DNA from: Negaprion brevirostris
Taxonomy: Eukaryota
Direction: 5' to 3'
Assembly (NCBI GenBank): GCA_030324005.1
Contig: JARDVH010000140.1
Coordinates: forward strand, 28,929,513 to 28,987,658
DNA: 58,146 nt
Shown: in pieces, positions 12,418 to 25,352 of the stretch
How positions within the stretch are numbered: the first letter of the stretch is position 1
Layout of the letters: every line of letters begins with the position of its first letter
Made by a program: the position numbers and the translations under genes
The notes under the pieces: generated by a model
Seen by the model: only the letters and a program-made list of their open reading frames with translations
Database searches by the model: none
What the model was told of the DNA's origin: nothing

Positions 12418-12840
12418 TTTGATTTGATTCATTATTGTCACATCTATTGGGATACAGTGAAAATGTATTGTTTCTTGCGCGCTATACAGACAAAACGTAC
12501 TGTTCATAGAGTACATTGGGGAGAGGGAAAGGATAGGGTGCAGAATATACCGTCAGAGCTAGGGTGCAGGGAAGGATCAGTTTAATATATGGTAGATCGA
12601 TTCAAGAGTCTGATGGCAGCAGGGAAGAAGCTGTCCTTGAGACTGTTGGTATTTAATCTCGGACTTTTTCCCGACGGAAGAAGGTGGAAGAGAGTATGTC
12701 CGGGGTGTATGGGGTCTTTGATTATGCTAGCTGCTTTTCCAAGGCAGCAGGAAGTGTAGAGGGAGCCAAGAGATGGGAAGCTGGTTTGCATGATGGACTG
12801 GACTACCCTTTGTAGTTTCTGGCAGTCTTGGATACCTTAC
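12418..12840 (-). mobile_element. Rex1/Babar(L2-group) LINE 3' end including the RT C-terminus
   Basis: ORF 12582-12791 contains AASIIKDPIHPGHTLFHLLPSGK...LKDSFFPAAIRLLN, a typical C-terminal motif of this LINE group, followed by a (tcaaa)n tail. Confidence 0.85.
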
Positions 12841-12907
12841 CAGGGTCAAAATCAGAGGCTGTTTTTCAGTGCAGAGGTGAAAACCTGAACTTGGTGAGAA
12901 ACAGGGG

Positions 12908-13012
12908 TGACAAAAAAAAGTACTGGACAAACTCAGCGAGTTTGGCAGCATCTGTGGCGAAAGAAACGGTTAATGTTGTGAGTCTGTATGACTCTTCTCC
13001 TGAGCTAAAGAG
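12908..13012 (-). mobile_element. Decayed arm of the second Penelope-like family
   Basis: caaaaaaaagtactggacaaactcagcgagtttggcagcatctgtgg...gagtctgtatgactc. The stem II hairpin remains but the core boxes are mutated. A shorter piece occurs at ~53975-54015. Confidence 0.55.
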
Positions 13013-13844
13013 ACGGGTACACGGGTTACTGTAATCTTTTAAAAGATTCCCCGTCAGCAAACCTCAAATTAACGTTATAGCCTATCAACAATTGTGAGCA
13101 AAATTGTGCATTTTGTGCCAGCTGGCTAGTCTAAATTTTTGCTTTGATCTTTACCATAAACTCTCAAAATATATTATCCATTGCAAAATATAATTCTCAA
13201 CAACAGCTCCCAGTGAGCAGTGTGATGTTGCATGATGCAAACTTCTTGTGCACAAATAGATAGTTACTGGACTTTCTATCCGTTCAGGTTACTTTGAATT
13301 TAATCATAAGAAGCTTCCTTTCCTGAACACATTTAGTGAATGCACCACAGCCGCAATGTGATTAGTCTGCAAGACTGGTGGAGAATACTGTTGGGATTGA
13401 GAAGGACGCGTGTATTTTCATGTCCAAACGCAATAGGTTGGCATTAAGCAGCTTATGACTTTTAATAAACACCTTAGACCTTCAGCAATAGTTTCGAAAC
13501 TACCACTTTTGAAACTCTTGGACTGGGTTAGCAGATAATTAATGTGCAGGAGAGTAGTGGGAAATGTGATACTTCTTCCTCATCTTTGGTTCTGATATTA
13601 ATATTTAGCACTCCTTGGTCGAGTGGATGGAAGCTGCATCTCCCTCCATCTCCACAAGATGCCTTAATGCCAACAACAACAAGAATTTTCAGTCAGTGAT
13701 TTGCATTTCTCAGAGTAGCACTCTGATGCACTTGCTGGGCAAGGTTGCCAGCTTGTTGCTTGTTTTTGTGATGTGTGCACCCAGTTTTATTGAAGACACT
13801 CTTTAATTCTGGAAGTCATTGAACACCAGATAGAGGAGATCACT

Positions 13845-14047
13845 ATGATGTGGAGATGCCGGCGTTGGACTGGGGTAGGCACAGTAAGAAGTCTCACAAT
13901 GCCAGGTTAAAGTCCAACAGGTTTATTTGGTAGCATAAGCTTTCGAGCGCTACTCCTTCATCAGGTGAAGGAGCAGCGCTCCCTCCGAAAGCTTGTGTTA
14001 CCAAATAAACCTGCTGGACTTTAACCTGATGTTATGAGACTTTTTAC
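13845..14047. mobile_element. Palindromic Penelope-like element with fused hammerhead-bearing arms
   Basis: Same tail and arms as the 4704 copy; the inverted arms meet at ccttcatcaggtgaagg. Confidence 0.8.
13934..13967 (-). ncRNA. Minimal type-I hammerhead ribozyme motif (Penelope-associated)
   Basis: Minus strand CAC-CUGAUGA-AG-GAG(UAGCG)CUC-GAAA-GCUU-AUG: both core boxes, short stem II and palindromic AGCU stem III. Stem I is weakened. Confidence 0.65.
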
Positions 14048-14078
14048 AGATAGGGGGAGGGAGGGATGGTAACACAGG

Positions 14079-14168
14079 TGTAATGCCTCATTTAAGCCCA
14101 TGAGGTGGGCCTCTTGGTGTATGAACCCCCTGATTGAGGTAATGATTGCTTGCTAATCAGGGTGTTTC

Positions 14169-14216
<48 letters not shown>

Positions 14217-14348
14217 GAGGGTGTCAGGGCTACTGACACCCTGGTTTCTAACTTTGTACCCAAAGTCAGAGGTCTTCAGAGTGGAATTGAGTATGTAAAT
14301 AAAGGGAATCTGGTAAAGGGACATTGGCCTTTGAGGAATTATTTAACA
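14079..14348 (+). mobile_element. Possible solo LTR containing a (TG)n tract
   Basis: Starts TGTAA, ends TAACA, with AATAAA ~50 nt from the end. No convincing TSD. Confidence 0.35.
14172..14212. repeat. (TG)n microsatellite
   Basis: Perfect TG run of ~20 units. Confidence 0.98.
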
Positions 14349-15856
14349 GCGTAACAAATGTTGCTCCACTCTTGTTGGGTCAGAATCCTGGAATTGTCTC
14401 CCTCACGGCACTGTGGATATACTTACACCACATTAGCTGCAGAGTTCGGGAAGGCAGCTCACCACCACCTCAAGGGCAGTTAGGATGGGAAATAAAAATG
14501 CTTGCCTAGTCAGTGATGCCCATACCCCATGAAATAATTTTTAAAATCAGTGGCTTGGACTCGTGCTCTGGCTACATGAGTTCATATCAAGCATGGTCAT
14601 GTAACTACCAGATTGCTGTTCAAGGGAAGTATATCTGCCATCCTAACCTGGTCTGGCCTATGTGTGACTCCAGACCCTTAGTGTAGTTGACTCTTAATTG
14701 CTCTGTAAAATGGCCACTCAATTGTCTCAAACTGCCACAGAAAGGTTAATCAGAATAAAACCAGATTTACCACCCAGCATCAATCTCGGCACAGGAAGTG
14801 ACAGACTAACCAGTCGACTCTGCAAAGTAACAACTGGGGAGATGTGACAAAAAGCAACAGCTCAATATATCATACACGCTCAATAAGAGCTTACAAATAA
14901 TGTCACAGACTCTTCCATAACCATCCCACTGGCCCCACAGACAGAGGTAGCATTAGTACAGGGTTATACAGTCAGGAGTGAGTGGCCCTGGGAGTTCTGA
15001 ACATAGACTGGGANNNNNNNNNNNNNNNNNNNNNNNNNNNNNNNNNNNNNNNNNNNNNNNNNNNNNNNNNNNNNNNNNNNNNNNNNNNNNNNNNNNNNNN
15101 NNNNNNNNNNNNNGAGTGAGTGGCCCTGGGAGTTCTGAACATTGACTCTTGACCTCATGAAGTATCATCGCAATAGGTCAAACACAGCACCAATCAGCTC
15201 TGCCTCCTTGGCACTGCCTAGTGCCCCATGGGCAGTGCCAGAGTGCCCAGTGGACAGTGCCAGGCTGGCACTGCCTAAAGGGCACCCTTCCCCCACTCCT
15301 GACTTCCCGGGGGGCTCTCAGTGGCCGCTGTCCCCACCAACGGGGTGATCATACCTGATCCTCTTTGCTGGGGACCAGCTTTAATTCCTGCCAGTGGGAA
15401 CTTCGCCCGGCACGGCTGCACTACTTTAGCAGCGCAGCAGGTCAGGAGAATTGCCCCCAGGATGTAAAAAGAGATGATAGCTCAAGTCAAAAAGAGATGG
15501 TAACCAAGTTGACATTTCAGGTCCATGACGTGCTTGCCATTTACTAAAGCCTGGCAGCCTCCCAGGTTGAGGGCAGAAATACCTCCTGTTTAATTTAAAA
15601 TGGTGTCATGGCGTCCGGCGTCACTGCTGGCACAGACATGAGTTTCTGAGCATGGAGGAGACCCAGTGTTCAAGTAAGTGGAGATCTTGGAGACGGTTAG
15701 GAGTTTGATCATAAGGCAAGTGGTGTGTGTTCCTGTGGGACAAGCCTTTGTTCCACCCACCCTAGCCAGCCCAGTGGGACACTCTCAGTTTTTGTGGATA
15801 GCCTGCCCCAGTAGCAAAGTGCTCATCGCCACTGGTAAAGTCATTACACTCATTAA

Positions 15857-16220
15857 GGGGAGGTGATGGCCTAGTGGTGTTGTCACTAGACTGTTAATCC
15901 AGAAATGCAGCTAATGTTTTGGGGACTCCGGTTCGCATCCTGCCACGGCAGATGGTGGAATTTGAATTCAATAAAAAACATCTGAAATTAAGAATCTACT
16001 GAAGACCATGAAACCATTGTTGATTGCCGGAAAAACTCGTATGGTTACCTAATGTCCTTTAGGGAAGGAAATCTAGCATCCTTACCTGGTCTGGCCTACA
16101 TGTGACTCCAGAGCCACAGCAATTTGTTTGACTAACAACTGCCCTCCAAGGGCAACTAGACATGGGCAATAAGTGCTGGCCAGCCAGCGATGCCCATTTC
16201 CCACGAATGAATAAAAAAAA
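15857..16220 (+). mobile_element. Full-length tRNA-headed SINE (second family)
   Basis: ggggaggtgatggcctagtggt (A-box)...ggttcgcatcc (B-box)...ccacgaatgaataaaaaaaa; closely similar copy at 17772. Confidence 0.88.
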
Positions 16221-17771
16221 GTCATTTAAAATATCAGTATTGATGAATAATAATATTGGTAACGATTGTGTACATTCTACCATTGGGTAGGTGCAGGGAG
16301 GTCTTTGAAGAATCTTTCATTGGGAGATCAGATGGTTTGAACTCAAGCGGACTAAGTATGATGGTTTAGCTTTTCCAATCGCGTTTCCAGTGATAACCCC
16401 AGTTATAATGAATAGTTTACACTGCCGCACAATTGGAAAGTCGAGGGTGATATTTGTAAGGAAGGGGTTTGCTGCCCTTTTCACATTCCATCTGTTGGCT
16501 TCTGATGTAATGATTTTTTTGATGATTAGCTTTCTGAATAATCTTGCATCTAACAAAGGCAACAGCACGTTCCAGGTTTAATCTCTTCACCTTGCAGATA
16601 TTCATGAGCGTTTTATTTCAATTCTAATCGAAGATTTATGTGTGCGTAATGACCCAGTCAGCTCAGGTAAAATATTCTGCATTTTTCAATTTGTGATTTA
16701 TTCAAATTCTAGCACTCTTTGACTTTTTGTTTTTCTATAGCTATCAGGATCCCGTTGCTCTCATTTTGTAACAGTCATGTAACTCCTGCTAAATACATGA
16801 ACTCTTGGCTTATTGTCTCATCCCGTCCATGGGTTGCTTTCTTCTGTGTCTTGTCACTGTTGCTGCAGGTCGTGCGGATTCTTTTGAGTGCGTCTTCAGG
16901 CTTTATTTTATAATAATAATAAATCTCTTCCATTTGCCCTGCGCCAGGCAGAGACTGGAAAAGCAGCAAATTATGCAAACACGCACCCGGTATTATGGGG
17001 ACTATTGTTAAGCATTGTACCTGTACACAGCACACACGGACAGAATGCTTTATCACCAGGGCAGTCCTGGANNNNNNNNNNNNNNNNNNNNNNNNNNNNN
17101 NNNNNNNNNNNNNNNNNNNNNNNNNNNNNNNNNNNNNNNNNNNNNNNNNNNNNNNNNNNNNNNNNNNNNNNTATATCACTGACTGGTTCTTAAATGCATT
17201 TCCACTGAATGTTCAGCTCTTCAATTAGATGTCCATATCTGTACAGAGAATTAAGTGCCCTTTTTTGTTATGGAATTTATTCATTCTCCCCAGTCAAAAG
17301 GGCATATGTTTGCATTTTCCTGAGGACCATTTTATGAAACATGACTTCATCAGTAGGGTTGGCAGAAAGCCGTCCACTCCTGATCCACCCGTGGCTGCTC
17401 TCCTCACGTTTATTAAGTAGGAAAGAACCACTTCACAGTTGTAACGGATAACTGGCTATAAATCCATGCATATTGCAAGCGGTTTCACAATAATTGAGTC
17501 CAGGCTGATCTGCCTACGAAGCTTATTGAAAAGTAATTCCCAAGTTTTGAAAGGGATTGAGTAGGGACTTCAGTATTTATCACCTGGGTGGAGTGCAGTG
17601 AGGAATCTTGGACCTAATGCAGACATCTTACAAACCTTCCATTCATTTAAATTGAATCTAGACCAGGCAGTTTTTGCTGTGTTCAGCCCTTTTCACTTAA
17701 GCCCTTGAGCAGTGGCTACACTCCACTTGTAGGCTCAGATTGGTTTCTGCTGGGAGTCTATGTTTTGTACA

Positions 17772-18116
17772 GGGGAGGCAATGGCCTCGTGGTATTACCG
17801 CTAGACTATTAATCCAGAAATCTGGTTAATGTTCTGGGGATCCGGGTTCGAATCCCACCACGGCAGATAGTGGAATTTGAATGCAATAAAAAAATGGAAT
17901 TTAGAATTAACTGATGACCATAAAAGCCACTTTCAATTGTTGGAAAAACCCATCTGGTTCACTAATGCCCTTTACAGAAGGAAAACTGTCGCCCTTTTCT
18001 GATCTGGCCTATATGTGACTCCAGAGCCACAGCAATGTGGTTGACTCTCAACTGCCCTTGGGCAACTTGGAATGGACAATAAATGCTGGTCAGCCAGCGA
18101 CACCCATGTCCCATGA
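17772..18116 (+). mobile_element. tRNA-headed SINE (second family)
   Basis: Aligns along its length to 15857-16220; B-box ggttcgaatccc. Partial copies at ~14600-14720, ~43105-43290 and ~49122-49425. Confidence 0.88.
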
Positions 18117-20758
18117 GTATATTGTTTTTGATCTTGATTCCAGTAACTGCAGCATTTTGCTTTAATTATATATTTGTGCAGTAGGGACCAACATTATCTC
18201 GCCACAGAAAGTTCACTCTTACCGTTTCAAGCATGAGTACTGATTTAACAATAAGATGAGCGTTAATTATTACCAACTGGCAATTAAAAGAACCAATACA
18301 AATTAAAAGAATCAATACAAGTAGTTCCATTCCTTCAATAAGAATTGTCATTAGAGACTTAAAGATGTCAATTTTTTAAAAAAATGCCATTTCTCATTAT
18401 ACTTTCTCATTGACTCTCTCATCTCTTTCCCATAATCCAACCTTTCTTTTCCCCTCTTCTCCTTTTGCAATAGTTTAGTTGATAGTTGATTCACTCATTC
18501 TTGACGATTCCTTTCCAGATCTTGTGCTGTTTATTTCTCAATTCTCCAATCTGACTGATTCAGGAGATCAGTTCAGTCAGATCCCAGCTTCTGTACCATT
18601 TGCATATGACCTGTTTCATAATGCTTACTTTGATTTCACATTATCCACAATGATATTCTTGAGACAGGCCACCCTCTCCTGATATCTCTTGAGAGAGGTC
18701 ATCGGGCAGAGAGAATCCCCCTGGGAGGGATGCAATTAAAGCTTCATAATGTGACTACTTGTCTACTGGTAGCTCAGGTAGAAGCTCCGTGAGGCTGTTG
18801 CTGAACCTATTATCCACCCGAACTTTTCTGTGTCCTCTACTAACCATCAGAATGGGTCTGCCTCCAGTATATTTGTTGCTGCATCTATTGAGCGCCCATA
18901 AGTATTTTGAACTGTACTATGCTGACTGATAAAACTCACGTCACTTGTTGGCCTGAGCTTATTTTTGTGCAGATGAAGAGGAATGGCGTTGTACATGGCC
19001 TTTGGTCCCTGTTGGCCAAGCTTCTGTGCAGGCATTGGGAAATAAGGATGCCTTTGACAGTTGTATGAAAGTGTGTTTGTGCAGATGTACACTGTTGGGA
19101 AAAGAGGAATGCAATGCACATAAATTGTGGCTTGATTTTAGCCAGGGCACTGGCTGGGGATAAAATTGTTGCTGGAAAATGACCAGAGACATTTCAGGAT
19201 TTATACCCCATTTAGGGTTTGCCAACTCCTGTGGAATAACCACGAGGCAACTGGATTGTCTTTTCTGGGCCACTGTTGAAAGGAAATTTTAAACTGATAA
19301 TTCTNNNNNNNNNNNNNNNNNNNNNNNNNNNNNNNNNNNNNNNNNNNNNNNNNNNNNNNNNNNNNNNNNNNNNNNNNNNNNNNNNNNNNNNNNNNNNNNN
19401 NNNNNNNNNNNNNNNNNNNNNNNNNNNNNNNNNNNNNNNNNNNNNNNNNNNNNNNNNNNNNNNNNNNNNNNNNNNNNNNNNNNNNNNNNNNNNNNNNNNN
19501 NNNNNNNNNNNNNNNNNNNNNNNNNNNNNNNNNNNNNNNNNNNNNNNNNNNNNNNNNNNNNNNNNNNNNNNNNNNNNNNNNNNNNNNNNNNNNNNNNNNN
19601 NNNNNNNNNNNNNNNNNNNNNNNNNNNNNNNNNNNNNNNNNNNNNNNNNNNNNNNNNATGTGCAGTTGTTTCGAATCCCTCTGATATCCAATGTGGGGAC
19701 ATGCTAAATTCCAGAAGGGAAACGTGGAATGCCGGTTCTTAACTATTTTTTGCGATATCATTACGGATAATGTGGATTCAAAGCCAGCGAGCAAACACGA
19801 TGGAAAAAATGTGAGAAAAGAGATAAAACCTGGTGAGGGAAGGATTCAGTCTTGTTGTCAATATAACATAATATTTAGTAAACTTTAAAGCACTCAGCAA
19901 GAAAGGTAACAATAAAGAATGACACTTATAATTAACTACAGTAATCGTTACCCAGACAGTTTACTTAAATTAACCCTAAATCCAATTTGATCTACTTTCC
20001 TAATTTCCAAGAATGCACCTTCCCCAAAACAATATCCCTTTGGTTTTAACCCTATGAGCCAAATCTACCAAATAATTACTACTCAGGGCTGTAGCTAGCT
20101 TTCTTCAGAGGACTTTTCTTCTAGTTTAGGGTAGAACGTACAGGGTCTGATACAGACAGACTTCTTTTACTTTCCTTTCTGCACAATAGCTTGTTTCAGT
20201 GACAGAGCTCTGCTTTGCAACTGGGCGTGGCAATGATTCAGGTTCCTAGACTGCTCGTCTCCACTTTACATTAAGGTATCTGTTTCATCCTGCCACAAGG
20301 CTAATAGGCATCTCGCACGTCCTCAGTGCAACTAAATCCCTATCAAATCTCTTTTTTTAAACCCAATTCTTTACTTTTTATTTCCTTCCAACTCCCTTAC
20401 ACAACAAATGCCGGTGCCCACATTCCATGAAATAATTTTGAAAATGTTTGAACTTTGAACTGCTCTTGCCTGGAAAATTCATAGCACCTATGGCCAGCCG
20501 AGAAAGCTTTAGACACAGCAGAAAGAGAGTCCCAGGACTTGGGGCGAGAGGGACAGCTGCTGCTTGATTTGTTGCTGAGCAAAAAAAATTACATTGATTT
20601 GAAAAGCCGTCTTGTCTTAAAATGATGTAATTGCCAAAGCTGCTGATTTAGCAACTTTTTGTGTGGGGAGGGGGGGAAGAAAAACTGTTTGTCTTGGTAG
20701 CTCCTTGGGCACTAAGAACATGCAAAGATGCCAGAAACCAAACAGGAAATGAAGACCT

Positions 20759-20888
20759 AGGCCGGAATTTTATCGTCCTGCCCACCACAGGAATCGGAGT
20801 GGAGGAGGGGCGGACTATGGAAAAGTCCTTTTCCACCTCAGGTGGGATTTTCCGGTTTCAGGATGAGCGAGGCTGTAAAATACCACTC
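20759..20888. mobile_element. Short MITE-like element
   Basis: Imperfect TIRs ggccggaattttat / gtaaaataccact; related copy at 31476-31595. Confidence 0.5.
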
Positions 20889-21009
20889 CTAAGCTCCACT
20901 TAAAGCCTGGCTCTTCCCTGTGCCTGTATTAGACATTAAGTTTAAGTGCATTACTTCAAGCTTGAAGAGACAGGAGTGCTGTCAGTTTTTTATGTGGTGG
21001 CGTTTTATT

Positions 21010-22110
21010 TGTGTTAAAATTCTAAAAGGGGTGCAGGAGCAGAGGGATCTGGGCGTATATGTATCATAGACATTGAAGGTGGCAGGACAGATGGAGAGAG
21101 CAGTTAATAAAGTATATTGTTTTCTAAGAACATAACATAAGAACACAAGAAATAGGAGCAGGAGTAGGTCATCTAGCCCTTCAAGCCTGCCCCGCCATTG
21201 AATAAGATCATGGCTGATCTGAAGTGGCTCAGTTCCACTTTCCCGCTTTCTCCCCATAACNNNNNNNNNNNNNNNNNNNNNNNNNNNNNNNNNNNNNNNN
21301 NNNNNNNNNNNNNNNNNNNNNNNNNNNNNNNNNNNNNNNNNNNNNNNNNNNNNNNNNNNNGAGCCTGCCCCGCCATTCAATAAGATCTGAAGTGGCTCAG
21401 TTCCACTTTCCCGCTTTCTCCCCATAACCCTTAATTCCCTTGTCTACCAAAAACCTATCCACCCCTGACTTAAATATATTTAGCGAGGTAGTAAACTTTC
21501 TGGGCCTCATTAATAGGAGTATAAAATATAACAGCAAGGAGGCTCTACTGAACTTATACAAGACACTAGTTAGACCTCAGCTGGAGTCTTGCGTACAGTT
21601 CTGGTTACCACACTACAGGAAGGATGTGGACACAGTGGAGACAGGGAAGAAGAGGTTTACCAGAATGGTTCCGGGGATGAGAAACATGAGTCATGAGGAT
21701 TGACTGGAGAGGTTGGGACTGTTCCCCTTGGTTTAGAGTAGATTTGATTGAGATGTTCAAAGTCATGAGGGGGCTGCACAAAGCACATAGAGAGAAACCG
21801 TGCCCCTTGAAATGGGATCAAGAATGAAAGAGGGCACAGATTTAAGATGATTTGCAAAAGGAAGCAAATATGAGAGGAAGCTTTTTCACACAGTGAGTGG
21901 TTCAAGTCTGGAACGTGCAGCCTGGAATATGATGGAGGCAGGTTCAATTGGAGCATTTAATGGACATTGTTTCTATTCAAATAATCATCTCATGTGAAGG
22001 GGTATGGGAAAAGGCAGGGGAATTGCACTCAGTCACAATGTTCATCTAGAGAGTTGGTGCAGAGGCGATGGGCTAAACGGTTTTCTTCTGAGCAATAACA
22101 ACGCTGTGTT
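21010..22110 (+). mobile_element. CR1 LINE 3' part (decayed RT C-terminal region), interrupted by an inverted CR1 tail at ~21127-21490
   Basis: ORF 21440-21703 includes LGLINRSIKYNSKEALLNLYKTLVRPQLESCVQFWLPHYRKD...KRFTRMVPG, a classic CR1 ORF2 motif. Confidence 0.9.
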
Positions 22111-23094
22111 TCCATGTTCTTCCAATGTCGGGACATTGAACACAAAATTGCATTGTGTTGGATGCCAGAATTGAACGTTTAAAAACCCTGAGGCAGTTGT
22201 TGCAAAGGAGAGAAAGGAATGTCAAAATAATGAATCTGGGAGAGCGGCCAAGGGAAGTGGGGTGAAATGGTGGTGTGCGTGGGAAACTGGGCTATTGAAG
22301 GAATTCACCTGGTTGTTGCATGTCGCCGGCTTTACATGACTGTGCCTCCACTGATGTCACCCTGAAGATGTCCAGCCAGAGTTGACAGCCATATTGGAAG
22401 CCATGGTACATCAGCATTGAGATGACAGATATAACTTCCTTATTACCACACGCCCTTGCATTGACAGCCCTGAACTTTTAACACAGCTGGGCAAGGCCCG
22501 GGATTAGGCTGATTGTTTGATTTTGTTTTCTTTTGACCATTCCTCTATGGCCCTTTAAATTAACCTTCTCCTTATCCTCAACAGGGAAGGGAAACCATTT
22601 TTCATTGCTGACCAACATCATTAATGTATGTTGCTTAGCTTCCTTTCCCTTAAGTGTATTTAGCACTAAATGGTTCTCAGGGAATTTTCCTGATTATGTG
22701 AAGGAACATGAACATTTGGAAAACTCCAAAGGAAATGATAATTGAGGCGTCTGTTCTTGTTTAGCCAGTGGCGAAAAGAAAAATGTGTCGCAATGTTATA
22801 CATTTTACCGTGTACAATTTACTTCACGGCTGTGAGCCACTGGAATCATTGAGTATAACAAAATGACCGGTTGCAATTCAGAGCAGCAGGTAGAAAAAAA
22901 ATTATTGCTAATAATATGCAAATATGTGATATCTGATATGCAGTGCTATCCATATTTGACACAGATGTTACATTTGTGGATTACAATCTGCACGGACTGG
23001 GCAATTGATTTCACCCCTCCACCTAGCCTGTCCTTTTCCGAGGAGTCTTAGTTTCTTGCTGCTTTTCTCAAACTGAAGTCTGCAGCCCCTGCAG

Positions 23095-23302
23095 TTAGAA
23101 TCATAGAATCCCTACAGTGCAGAAGGAGGCCATTCAGCTCATCAAGTCTGCACTGACTTTCTGACAGAGCATCTTACTCAGGACCATCCCCCACCTTATC
23201 CCCGTAACCCCAGGTACTTACCCCACTAATCCACCAGCCTACACATCTTGGAACACTAAGCAGTTATTTAGCATGGCCAATCCGCTTAACCTGCACATCT
23301 TT
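23095..23302 (-). mobile_element. HE1/V-SINE 3' half, tail type A
   Basis: tagaatcatagaatccctacagtgcagaaggaggcc...aacctgcacatcttt. Confidence 0.85.
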
Positions 23303-24869
23303 AAACACAGTTGCATCAACACTTTGCATACATAGGGCCTATGATATAAAAAGAGATGGGAGGCAGGATGTGAGTAACCACCCCATCTATAGCCGAGAGT
23401 AGGCTGGCTTGCTCACCACGCAGAGGAGCGAACAACGACAGACAAGCTGCATTGAGAAGCAAGCATCTCTCTTATATCTGCTGAGAAAGACCTATTTTCT
23501 TTGGAAGTTATTCTTTACATGCAATGCTTCCATATTATGGGCATTACATCATGTTATAACTTAATTGAGAGGTTCAGAATTCGTAACACATTTGAAAAGG
23601 GATCCTGCGACTAAAACAGTTTTGAACTGTTACTTAAAGAGATTGAATACTGGGGAGTTGTTGAAGAGGCTTTGAAAGGAAAGGGGCACTTCTTTATTGG
23701 CGGAAACTTACCACATATATCCAGAGTCAACATGATCTCCTGGACCTATTTCAGTTGCTGAAACAGGTCAAATAGGAATTCAGACGAGTTGAATCCTGAT
23801 GTACAGCTATTCATTCCTGGTCTTGTTTATATGGAGGGTTTAATTCCACTGCCATCCCTGTTAAACTTTCTATACATTGATAAGAACTGTGAAAAATGGC
23901 TAATTAATGTCTACATTCAGATTCTTCCTACCCTAAAGTTAGAGTGATGATCTTAACCTCCTTAGCATCTATTGGATGAAAGGATGATTTGCCTCTCGAC
24001 TGTTAATCTGTATTTCAAATTTTTCACTGTGCTCTGCATGCACTGAATTACTTTAACTGCAGTTATGTAAGCAAACACAGAAGTTGTTCAATCAAACAGA
24101 GATGATTTCCAGTAATCTGGTATGTTTTGTTATTCTGGAAGTGGGAGGGTGGCTGGTTGTCAGGCCACTGTAAGAACTCTTGCTTTTCTTCAGATGATCC
24201 TTAGCATTCACCTGCATCAGTGGAGGAGGCAGAGAAACTTTGATTTAGCAGTTCGCTTAAAGGCCAACATCAGCAACAATCCAACCCTCCCTTGGTGGTG
24301 ACAATTTAGCTAATGTGTTTGAATCCTGGAATGAGGCTTTTAACAGTCTTCGATACCCCATACCTAGGCATCCGCTCTGCTCGGCCCCATTCGAGGAGGA
24401 GATGCACAGAAACTCCACCATTGTCAGTCTGGGGAGCAGATTGGATTGTTGTGAATGTTTCAGGTGAATGTTATGGATGTGCTGCATTTGTGCTAATCCA
24501 AGGCCTAATCTGTGGGAGAGGCATTAAGCACACCAGTTAACCACACACAGGGGTTCAAAGCTGCATTCTGTGGGCTGAATGCAAAGGGGAAATTAGGTAG
24601 TGCGCATTTCAAGTTACTGCTCAACATCAGGACGGACCTTTGTCCCATGAACCAATGAAATCAGACGCTTTCAATCTTTAAGGAACTTTCAGAGTGAAAA
24701 ATATAATTATCGGATTAGTTATTGCAATAGAAGTGATCAATATGGTGGGAACTCTCACCAAAGAGGCCAGGTCCTTAACCCAAATGTTTCTTTTACCAAA
24801 ACTGTGCTTCATTTGTTACCGCTATCCTTCATTATTCCAAATCTCTTCTGACTGCCTTTCCATTCTCCA

Positions 24870-25352
24870 ACTTCCATTAACTTCAGCTTATTCAAGCCAG
24901 CTGTCCTGAACCTAACTCACAACAAGTCTGATTCACCTCGCGTGCCCTGCTCTTGAACCTACACGTGCATCATGTCTTGATTTTGAGAGCCTCATCCTTA
25001 TTTTGGAATCCCTCTGTGGCCTCATCCTCCTCACTTCTGTCACCGCCTGTAGCCGAATGATCCTGTAAACTCCATTCTCTTCCAACTCTGCTCCCTTGTC
25101 TTTCATCCACCACCGAAAGCCAGACCTTCAGCTGACTAGACTGTGAGCTCTAAAATTCATTGCCTAAACCCCTTTCCTGTCTCTCTTCCTCTTCCTTCCT
25201 TTAACACCCTCCTTAAAATTGATGCTTCTTGCCATCTTCCCTAATGTCATCACCTTCCCCTGTGTGAAATTTGTTTTCCAATTACACCCCTGGGAAGGAC
25301 CTTGGAACAGCTTACCGTGCAGAAAGTGCTATGTCAATGCAAGTAGTTGTTG
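24870..25352 (+). mobile_element. Decayed L2-like 3' end
   Basis: Pyrimidine-rich body ending ccttggaacagcttac...gtgctatgtcaatgcaagtagttgttg. Confidence 0.5.

Noticed and set aside
14976-15142. Direct repeats flanking 100-N gaps (also ~21183-21430 and ~31225-31420)
   Set aside because: Near-identical sequence on both sides of fixed-size gaps is most likely a scaffolding overlap or collapsed-repeat artefact.
22698-22730. Peptide VKEHEHLENS resembles GOSR1 LKEH(D/E)HLRNS
   Set aside because: Flanking residues do not match GOSR1 on either side and there are no suitable splice sites. As I recall, the real gene has an intron within this motif. Treated as coincidence.
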